Positions 25,965 to 35,953 of a stretch of DNA of 64,000 bases are shown piece by piece (position 1 is the first letter of the stretch; every line of letters starts with the position of its first letter). This DNA comes from Lepidodermella squamata. Lineage: Eukaryota > Animalia > Gastrotricha. The notes below the pieces were generated by a model that saw only the letters and a list, made by a program, of their open reading frames with translations, was not told where the DNA came from and ran no database searches. The position numbers and the translations under genes were made by a program. Where the stretch lies: the NCBI GenBank assembly GCA_047495785.1, contig JBLDXI010000024.1, positions 2,914,001 through 2,978,000 on the forward strand, written 5' to 3'.

Positions 25965-28322
25965 ATGGCCAAATCGGAATACAAGGACGATTTGAAAGCG
26001 GCAAGTCTTTAGCGTGCTTAAAATTGGCAACTTATGATTTTCATTCTTCAGGCTATAACGTGCGCAATTTGTTTGGGGGCCTTCAAAAACCCAAAGATCA
26101 TGCAGAACTGCCCTCACACTTTTTGCGAGGGTTGTATCATCGAGCTGATCCCTAAAGTCGTCCCTCCTCCACATCAGCAGCAAATCCTGTGCCCAGCTTG
26201 TCGTTCGCCGAGTGTTGTTTTGGGCGGAGGCATCGCGACATGGAAGAAAAATCATGTTGCCGCGGAAATCGCCGAATTGTATAGCAAACAAGAGTCCTTA
26301 TTGGCAAATCAAGCTAGTACTGGTATGGCATCTGCCGACCCTTTAATGAGCTTCAAATGCGAACATTTCATTGCGGTCAATCAACGAAAAACCTGCCCGC
26401 ATTGCAAGCATTCGTTTTGCCAGTCTTGTCTATTCGTTCACATGGAAAAAATGAAACAGCGCATGAAAGCAATTCGGGAAAAATGGGCGCGACAATTTCC
26501 GACTCGCTCATCTCTGGATGACTTGACCGACGGTCTTGATTTTTTGGCTAAATCCCTCGATCATCAAATCGCCTCGGCGGGGGTCGCAATAAGTGAAACG
26601 GCAAAGGAAATTCTGCGAGCCGTTGAAAAGGTTCTCCTGGAGAAGGGCGACAGCTTATCGGCTAAATCCCTGGAAATTAAAGAGAGAAAGCTTCACCCAT
26701 TGCGCAGGGCTATCGAGCTGGCGTCGAGGCAAAGTACCATACCCGCTGATACCAACAGTCAAATCGATAGCGTGATGGCTAACTCGGTTCTCGAGCACAG
26801 CTGTGAGGGGATCGCTGAGCTTCTGATCAAAGTTGAACAAGCTGATGAACAGGTTTGAGAGGCTCTAAACTGCTGGAAACGCTGTAATAACGAGACCTAT
26901 TTTAGCTTTCAAGAACGGGCTTCATTCCAAATCCCGAAATAATTTTCGCTCCAGCAATAGACTCGATCAAGGAATGTCTTCGAGTTTTAACAGCGACTAT
27001 GTCACTTGGGGATATAGACGTAGTCGATAGAGAACCACAACCCCTTCCGGGTAGCGCCTTAGAGCGACAAATACGTCGCATGGTGATTGTTGAGAATCCT
27101 AGCCCTGCAAAGCCATACAACTTTATTAAGTCCGTTGAACTCGCGTCAACAATTACCTCGGTTAAAGCGATGACTTACTTGGCGCCACTGAAAGCTCTAC
27201 TTATTGCAGCAAACTGCGGATATCAGGTGAGGTGCTACATGTGTCTATTTGAGACCAAAATCGGACGAAAACATTTTTTCCGGCAATTTAACAAGCATTT
27301 TTCTCCACTGTTCTTGTGAAAAGTCACGAGTCAAAATCTATCCGACTGGCGCCTTCAAAGTTTCAAATGAATACCGTTTATTACGTATTACGTCAATATG
27401 GTTAATCAACCCTCGAAATCAAAACAATTACATTATAATCTAGTCAATTCGTCTTGCAGCAGCACTGAAAAAGTTTATTTCTTGATTTCAGGTGGTTCCA
27501 CTTGAATCTGATGCAGGACCCTCCGTGAAAGCATTGGATACGAGGCATTCAAGTCCGCAATATATGGCTTCTCTCGACTGTCGAGTTTTCATCGTAGATA
27601 AGAGACAGGAGAATGAAATGCTCCTATTCGCATTCGACGTTGTAAGGTTGAATCGCAACGGCAATCAGTCATTCGGAGTAAAAAAATCAGTCGTAGCCAT
27701 GAGAGATAGGGAGATTAAGGGCTTAGCCATTTCACCTGGTCGGAAGGAAATGTATACAATCGCGGGATTGCAACTATTCGCCATTTCAACCGACAGCTAT
27801 GCTGTAACGCCATTGCTACGGTTGCCTGATTCGGATTACGACGCAGTTGTTGGCCTGAGTGCAAGGCTGGGATTCCTATTTAGCAAGCTATCTGGGGGAA
27901 GGCCGAAACCCTATCTTGTTGCAAAACAATGGAGTCCAAATGAACTACAATTTGCATCAAGTGCTGCTGAGCGGGAAATCCTAATCGAATATAACGCAGC
28001 TTTACATCCATGCTATATCGAAGATTCATATAACAACAGAATTTACATTGCAGAAGGAGGAGCCGCCATTAAAATAAAGGTGAAATTTATGAATTTTCAA
28101 TTTCTGAGTAATTTCCTGAATTTTTCCGATAAGGTGTGCATTGCTAGCTCAGACGAACGACTACCACCTCTTGAGCAGTGCCGCGAAATCACAGCGAGTG
28201 AATTTTCAACCTCAGCTATGACAGGCTGGCAAGGTGGTTACTCGGAAAGTAACACGGAAGTTAACATTGCATTTTTCGAGCCAAGCACTCGCAACATCAA
28301 GATAATTTCTTTGACGAATTGA
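25965..28322 (+). CDS. TRIM-like RING/B-box/coiled-coil + beta-propeller-like protein (R6, class A)
   Basis: Exons 25965-26000 (GC donor), 26052-26852, 26906-27226, 27492-28079, 28134-28322. Same structure as R2. Confidence 0.85.
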
Positions 28323-28879
28323 AATATTGCCCGGATTCTATTGAAAGCTTGCAATGGGACATTTTACTGACACTTTGATTTTGAGTTTGAAATATTTCAT
28401 TCGCTAATAAATTTTGACAGGTCTACATGAAATTACTCAAGCATTCCGGAGCTTGTATTGTTAACAAATGTTATCCATTAGGGACGGTTCTGGCCTTTGA
28501 TGCTGTGCTTTGCGTCGGGACACTTGGTTTATTTCTAGGCTGTTCATGCGTTTTGTGACGTATGATAATGAAACTAATCTCAAATTTCCCATTACAGTTA
28601 CGAGGCAAGGTTTCATGCGAACTATTGTTGTCAGAAAAGAAAACCCACGACTGAGATAAATTAATATCGTATCCTCTGCTTTACGATTTAAACTGAGCCT
28701 TTGGAACGCGCGAGTAACATGCAGCAAGCTGATCAAGTGAAAGAAGTAAGTCTCTTCGCGATAGTGAAGTCTGTACCATGACATTATGAATTTCCAGATT
28801 CTTACATGCCCAATATGCCTGGACTTTTTCGTAAATCCAAAACACTTCCCAAGTTGCTTGCATAAATTCTGTGAAGGTT

Positions 28880-29399
28880 GCTTGGTACGACTGCTGGGCA
28901 GTTGTCCCAGAATTGAATGCCCAACTTGCTGAACAGTCTGTATCAAGCGAGATTCTCGTATTGATCGATGGAAAAATAACACCGATGGAAATTAGTGCGA
29001 AAATCGATGCTTTCCTGAAAACGTCTGTTCTTGATCATACCTGTACAGAAGTGTCTCAAATTTTTCGAGAAGCTGAACACGCCGAAAAGCTGGTAAGTCC
29101 TTGATAGTGGCGACTCACGCTATGAACAATTTTTCTAGGTCGAAAGTGCAAGCCGCGATCAATCAAAGAGAATAGCTTTTTCTGCGACCAAGAACAGCAT
29201 CGATGATGTATTGAAACAAATCAGAGATTCCATTTCGCTGGGGGACATTGTTTTATCGGATGAAGTTTCTAAACCAAGCCCCGACACTGATTCTGAGCCC
29301 GCGCCCGCTGGTGTCTATGTACCACGGCATCTCCACAAGAGGATGCAATACGATCGGATCGTGACCGCATGGCGAGAAAGAAGTCATGTTTCTGACTGA
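28880..29399 (+). pseudogene. 3' half of a further TRIM-like copy (R7) ending in YVPRHLHKR
   Basis: KIDAFLKTSVLDHTCTEVSQIFREAEHAEKL, intron, then ..ISLGDIVL..GVYVPRHLH. The RING-containing half is absent. Confidence 0.65.
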
Positions 29400-29814
29400 T
29401 GTTCTGAAGCTAAGCATTCTTTGCTGAGCAAAATGGCCTAAAACTAACCAAAATGCCGTAGTATGCATATGAACTATTGAAGTCAAAGCCAATAAAGATG
29501 CATCTCGTAAGAAATTTCCTTTGTTTTCGATGCAAATATCATCGACCCTGCCCAGAAGAAGTTTCAGTTTCGCCGAATGATTACGCCATTTTTCAACCGA
29601 TTCCACTCTCGATACTTGGTTTCACGATAAGCCATATCGTCATTTTTCACCGCAGGACAAAAAAAGGTTAACAAAATATGCACGACAAGCATTGTGATAA
29701 GATAACATTCGGCTGTGACAGTGTATATTTAGAATCAAAGAGGAATCATCTTATAGGTTTGAGACGTTAAAAGGGCGTGAGACAGTAACACGGCCAATTA
29801 CATTACGGTTCGCC

Positions 29815-30917
29815 ATGGAAAGCTTACATCAGTCAGGCAAAGCCAAAGACGTAAGATTGTGCTTTTTTGAACGATTTATTACAACATCTAGCTACGTAAA
29901 TTGTTTACTTTACCTCAGATTCTAACCTGTCCGTATTGCTTGGATTATTTTGAACGGCCGAAACTTTTTCCAGGCTGTTCGCACACGTTCTGCGAGGGTT
30001 GCCTACTTGAATTGCTAGGAAGTGACGATAGGATTAAGTGTCCAACCTGCCGCAAAGTGCACACGGTAAGCAGCCGCGGTATTCAAGGGTGGAAGAACAA
30101 TTTCATCGTCGCTGATATGGTGGATTTGATGCGCAGTCGGCCTCCTGCGATGTCAGCTGAAGAAGGAAATTCACCGGCGGATTTCAGCTGTTCGCATCGT
30201 GAATTGGGTGGAAAATTAACACAATGCTTCCACTGTGGGAAATCCTTCTGCGAACCATGCTGCATTGTTCATAAGGAGCAAATGAAACTGGAGCTTCTTA
30301 CAATTAGTAAAAAATGGGCCGGTTCGGCAGCTTCTCCCGAAAATCGGATCTCGGCCTGGTATGACAAACAGCTGAAGAAAATTGATGAAGATATCGTCGC
30401 TGCGAGTAAGCAAATCATGAAAGCAATCACCAAAAGAGTTCGCAAGAAATCCAAGGATTTGTTGTTTCGGGCAGTCGAACTAAAGCAAAAGCAACTTGAA
30501 CAGCTTCATGCAGCCACTGATGAAGTCCACAAAAAAGCCGAGGCAACAAATAACAAAATGTGTTCTGTCTTAGAAAAATCAGCTTCAGAGCTTAGCTGCG
30601 AAGAAATTGCCGATGTGCTATGTCATGCGCAAGCGCTCGATTTCAAGGTGAGTCTGGGGCGACTTTCTTTTTCATCATTTAATGATTCCATTTTAAAGCT
30701 AGAGAATTCAGATTGCAGCCGCGGCCTGGGTTTTTCTGTCGACCAGGCTAACATCGACGATATTTTGACACGATTGAACGAAAGCCTCACAATAGGACGT
30801 ATTACACTAACTGGGGATTATTTTCAGCTGGAATGTGACGACGCTGAGGAAAATTCGACTCAACCGAGTTCATCTGAAACGGCTCTCTACGTCCCGCCAC
30901 ACCGCCGTAAAAAATGA
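29815..30917 (+). CDS. Class B TRIM-like protein (R8) ending YVPPHRRKK
   Basis: Exons 29815-29850, 29919-30647, 30699-30917. RING and B-box-like motifs are intact. Confidence 0.85.
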
Positions 30918-31134
30918 TAATTCAATGACAAATGCCTTGAATTTTAGCTTTGAAAATAGCGGCCGATTTGGGCTTTTAAAAGAATAATAAGATAATTATA
31001 TTAGCGAGATAAGATAATTGAACCGTGGGAGTGTATATATTTAAAATCGAAGAGGGATTATCATGCAGTTTTGAGAAGTTAGAAGAGCATGCGATTGTTA
31101 TAACGGCGACTAACATTTGGGATCATCATGGAGA

Positions 31135-32256
31135 ATGGAGAGCCAACAGCAGCCTGACAAAGTGAAAGACGTAAGATTGTGATATTTTTTAGGAGTTAAT
31201 GCATACTAACTAAATATTTATAAAATATCTTAAGATTCTAACTTGTGCGATCTGCTTGGAGTGTTTTGTACAACTCAAACATTTTCCAGGCTGTTTGCAT
31301 ACGTTCTGCGAGGGCTGCCTGATCCTATTACTTGGAAGTGGCGACATGATTAAGTGTACAAAGTGCCGCAGAGAGCACACGGTAGGCACCTCCGGAATTC
31401 AAGGGTGGAAGAACAATTTACTCGTCGCTGAAATGGCGGATTTGATGCGCAATCGATCTGCAGCTATGGCCACCGAAGAAAGGCCTTCGCTGGCAAATTT
31501 CAGCTGCTCGCATCTGATTTTGGGTGACGATTCCTGTCAGTGCTTACACTGTGACAAATTGTTCTGCAAACCTTGCAGCATTGTGCACGATGAGCTTATG
31601 AAATTGCAGCTTCAAAAAGTTCGAAGGAAATGGGCCAAAACTCTCTGCAGTCCATCAGCTTCACCGGAGTTCCTGAAAACCCGTGATCAGATATCGGTCT
31701 GGTATGATGAACAGATAAAGAAGATGGGTGAAGATATCGCTGAAGCTAATGATCAAATTATTAAGAGAATTGCCGGAAGCCTTCGCAAGAAATCCGAGGC
31801 GTTATTGTCAGAAGCGGCCGAGCTAAAGCAAACCCAATTGGACCAGCTTTATGCAGCCGCTGATGAAGTCTACAATAAAGCCGAGCATACTAATAGCGAA
31901 ATATTTTCCATACTGAAAATATCAGTTTTAGAGCCTGACAGCTTCGAAATAGCTGATTTATTGTGCGATGCAGAATCTTTAGATTTCAAGGTGAGCACGA
32001 GGCGCTTATTTATTACGTCATATAAAACTCCAATTTTTAGCTGGAAAATGGTGGTTGCAACCCTGGGCTAGTTTTCACATTCGACCAGGCGAATATCGAC
32101 AACGCGCTGAGACGATTCAATAATTTCCTCACAATAGGAAGTATTTCGATTACTGGGGACGCATTTCAGCTGAAATGTGACGATGTTAAGGAAACATCGA
32201 ATCCAACTGAAGTCAGCGGCACGCCTCGTTATGTCCCTCCACATCTTCGTAAGTAA
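31135..32256 (+). CDS. Class B TRIM-like protein (R9) ending YVPPHLRK
   Basis: Exons 31135-31170, 31235-31990, 32041-32256. Removing the 50-nt intron restores the frame homologous to R3 and R8. Confidence 0.85.
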
Positions 32257-32441
32257 TACGGCCGAACGCCGCCTGTCCCCTTGCCTTCTAAATCTGACAT
32301 GTCTAGCCTGACGAGAATCAAAAAATTGATTTGAGCTTGTGAAATGAACAATAAACAACTTGATATAAAACCATCACAAATTTTATTTGAAAGAAGTCCG
32401 TTAAAAAGTTTTGAGAGCCACAATGCATTTCTTAGCTGAAA

Positions 32442-33462
32442 TTACGAAGCAAAACCATCGGCTGGCTCTCTGCAATGAAAGCTCGATTGAAGAAAGAATC
32501 GCCTCATTCCGGCCACTTTGATACTGCCAGATCGACAAGGTAGAATGAGTCGAATCGCTTTCGTATGCCGACTGACTGCAAGATACCGAAGTCCTGACGG
32601 GTAATTTCCGACAAAGAAAGTTCGCCCGACATGCTCGCTATTACGTCGGTCGATGACCTGTAGTTCTTCATCGATCAGTATCACTTCACAAGGCTCCAAA
32701 TCGTGCTTCGTAACGTGAACTACAAGAGGGACGTTCAATACATCAATCACCTATGAAATGAAACAAAATTAGATTTGAAACTGTCATATAAGGGATTACC
32801 TCTTCAAAATCTGGTAGAATCTTTGATAAATTGAAGACGGTCCAATTATTCGAAGGGTTATTGCCGAACCAGTTGCGATGGAAACTGTACTCTGGCAAAT
32901 TTTTCACTGAAGAAGCACTGCCGTAGCGTCCGAGTAAAATTCGCCCGAAACCATAGCTGTAATTTCGAGCTTTGTTTTGCTTCGAATCGTATTGCAACAG
33001 GTCTTTCTTCATCTCCATCAAATGCTGCCGCCAGGCCGCATTTGTCGGCTCAGCGTCGTAGACAACTTGAAGCCCGTTCTTCGAAAATACAGACCTCGAG
33101 GCCTTGGCTAACGAATGCAAACGGGCTAGATTTTCCGGCCGAATTTCGAGGAAACAATCGACGCTTTCTCGGTCGAATTCCGAGCGTAGAAGATGCTCGA
33201 ACAAAACAAGGCTGTTGGTGATGAAGGCGTGCCAACTCCGGCTGACGAATGCGCATTGTCGGTAGAGATCGAACGGGTTTAGGAGTAAAAATATCCGTTG
33301 AACCAGCTCTCGCGGCAAAATATCGACGATTGACAATGCTTCATCTGGGCGGACTCGCTTTTCAATACTCGTCAAGTTAACTTCATCTTCTTGGTCGTCA
33401 AACGAACGCTTGCTCGCTAAATGTCTCTTGCTTGGGCTTTTTGTTAAGGCCATTGTCAACAT
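32442..33462 (-). CDS. F-box protein with divergent FBA-like C-terminal domain
   Basis: Exons 33462-32800 and 32750-32442. F-box IVDILPRELVQRIFLLLNPFDLYRQCAFVSRSW. GRTFFVGNYPSGLRYL resembles the FBXO2/6-family FBA motif (F.NY.PGVRY). Confidence 0.8.
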
Positions 33463-33782
33463 AGTTTATTAAAGTAGCAGTTAGAGAGGCCACACCGGAC
33501 TAGATTGGTTTTGCTAAGCTATAAGTCTGTGTAAACAAAAGTTGAACCATCTGCTCCTGGATTCACATAACCTCATTTTTAGCTCTTTCAGCATAACCTT
33601 GTTTCTTAAGGATTTGAGAAATTGAAATACAGACATCCAGCTTAATAAATAATCTTGATTTCAGAAATGTAGTTATCACGCAATTACGTGATAATTTGTT
33701 TGTGATAAGGTAATTTATCGCTGTCTTGTTAAGTAGTTCTATAATAATATAGTTCAATTTTCAATGTCTCAAACAAGAAGCA

Positions 33783-34784
33783 ATGGAAAATCCTTGCTTT
33801 CTAAATGAAACCGTGCTCGAATCGATCCCCAGTCCTATGGTGACTGGGGTGATTTATTTGATCGTATTAATCGCAGCCTATAGCTTCGCCTTCATGTTCA
33901 GTGTGATTTTATTCCGCGAGCAGTGGTTCAGCAACATTCAAGGCTATTCCACTATAAGTGCTTACTGCGCCGACCCAACTCGACCAGCCCACCGTTTTCT
34001 ACTTCTCACCTCGATTCTCCTCTCAGTCAGTATTACAGCATTATACAGCGACGCCTATAACTCATGGTACTACAACGCGATAAATTCGGAAGCTTCAGCG
34101 TTTTACATTGAAACTCACCAAGCTGAAATCACGCCTTTCTTATTCGGAGTAATCGGGGCTTATTGCCTGACTTTGGTCGGATTTTTCTACACAGATGGCA
34201 ACGGCACAGTTGATAGTTACGAGTTCTTGGTTTGGAAATTGCCAATCAAATTAAGCACCGGCCTTCATCTCATCGGAACTCTTGGCTTCATAGTTTCGAC
34301 AATTGTCGCAAACATTGTAAACATCCAGTTTGTAAGAAAAATGATTGGACAGACTGATTCGATGGCTATCACTCGCCGAGACGGGTCGAAGTGGTGTGAT
34401 TCACAGAATTCGGCAACAGCTGTTGATGCTTACCTCAACGTTTTCGCTGCCCTTGTTTGGCTAGGTGTCGCGAGTGCTATTGTTTTTCTCATTCTTCAAC
34501 TTATTTTAAGAATTAACTGCACAAAATGTCGCGGCTCGAAACAGGGTCACTCTGAAGCAATCTCTATCAATTCGGACGATGATAATCATCTCATCAACAT
34601 TGAAAAACACGACTCAGTGAAAAATGAAGTTCTACTCTACAGGCTTAGATTAGCTAGCTTCTCATTTGAAGCAGCCACAGTGCTGTTTTTGGTTCTCAGT
34701 ACGATGTTGATGCAACTGGCTAGTAATTTGAACATGACGTTCGTGGCGCGGAAGAACCCGCACTTCGATTATTTTTTGCCCTGA
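33783..34784 (+). CDS. Intronless multi-pass membrane protein, possibly Frag1/DRAM/Sfk1 family
   Basis: 333 aa with about six hydrophobic helices. YSTISAY after TM1 and LHLIGTLGF in TM4 resemble DRAM/TMEM150 motifs. Confidence 0.6.
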   Translation: MENPCFLNETVLESIPSPMVTGVIYLIVLIAAYSFAFMFSVILFREQWFSNIQGYSTISAYCADPTRPAHRFLLLTSILLSVSITALYSDAYNSWYYNAINSEASAFYIETHQAEITPFLFGVIGAYCLTLVGFFYTDGNGTVDSYEFLVWKLPIKLSTGLHLIGTLGFIVSTIVANIVNIQFVRKMIGQTDSMAITRRDGSKWCDSQNSATAVDAYLNVFAALVWLGVASAIVFLILQLILRINCTKCRGSKQGHSEAISINSDDDNHLINIEKHDSVKNEVLLYRLRLASFSFEAATVLFLVLSTMLMQLASNLNMTFVARKNPHFDYFLP

Positions 34785-35953
34785 CTGTACTGCCGGACTA
34801 CAGCCTTGGATACTATATGCAATACTGAGCGTTATGCTGTACTCGCGGGGTACAGTCAGGGCAAAAAATCATCGAAGTGCGGGTTCTTCCGCGCCACGAA
34901 CGATGACCATGGCGCCTGAATGTATTTTCGCAAGAGACTGCCGCCGGACGTTTGTCAAATGTGACCTGATGTTTGATGTACCTGGTAGTTGCAAACTTGT
35001 TAACTGTACTCAGAACCCTACCTGCCTGCTGGTTGTATGAACTCAGATTTTCAAGATGAAATAAATTATTGAAGACAGACACATCAGTGGGGAGAGAATT
35101 CTAACAAGAAGTGCGCGAAGTAGGATCCTCGAGCTTGGGCGGGGTATTTTCGGGCCCAAATTTTATGACCAAAGGGTCCCCCATGTGGTCTTTTGGGGAT
35201 TTTCCACTTTGGCCTTGTGAACTCGGGGGTACGATACCCTCATTCCCCTCCTTACTTCGCGCACTGCAACATGATTACTCTCCTTTCCTAGCTTTGTTGA
35301 GGCCGCAAACTCAATGCAATTCAAGAATGTAACTGGCAGCCGAAAGATTCCATATCAGTAAATTCAAAGTTCAATAGTTTTAATAAAGATAAAATATATA
35401 TGAATCAGGGATTTTCACCGAACAGAAGAAATATCACCCTTTCCCTACAAGTATAAATGCTACTTATAGCACAAACTCGGAAACATATTTCAAAGGTCGC
35501 ATTGATGTTATCTGAGAATCGACCTAATTTTCGACACAATCGAACACTTGAAAAGCTTTAAATCGCCTATGTTTATGTTGTTTATGGAAGTCAGTTATCA
35601 GTTTCAGACTAGAAGGGGACGAGTTGCAGGCTGTTCTAGGTTGGCTCGGGGTCTCGTCGAGAAATCGTTGTCTCGGAAATTTGAAAATAAGCGACCAAAA
35701 GCTCGGTTTCTTTAAATGATGTTTAATGTCAGACCTTGCGGTAGCGTCTGAAGCTAACTAAGAACCTGGATCGTACTACATCACCTGTATGACGTCAATT
35801 GGCGTGCGTCAACAGGACAACATCATAGCCTAATTATTTTGCTAATGACTGGCCGCATGATTTACCCCGCATAAGTTGCACAAATATTTAAATTTAAACA
35901 CTGCTGAAGTGGTCAAAGCCACGCATCCCTAATTCGGACGTCGTATTCATTCA

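Noticed and set aside
28461-28870. Minus-strand ORFs as a LINE fragment (EKVQAY)
   Set aside because: Only a six-residue resemblance, with none of the flanking LINE motifs or tail.
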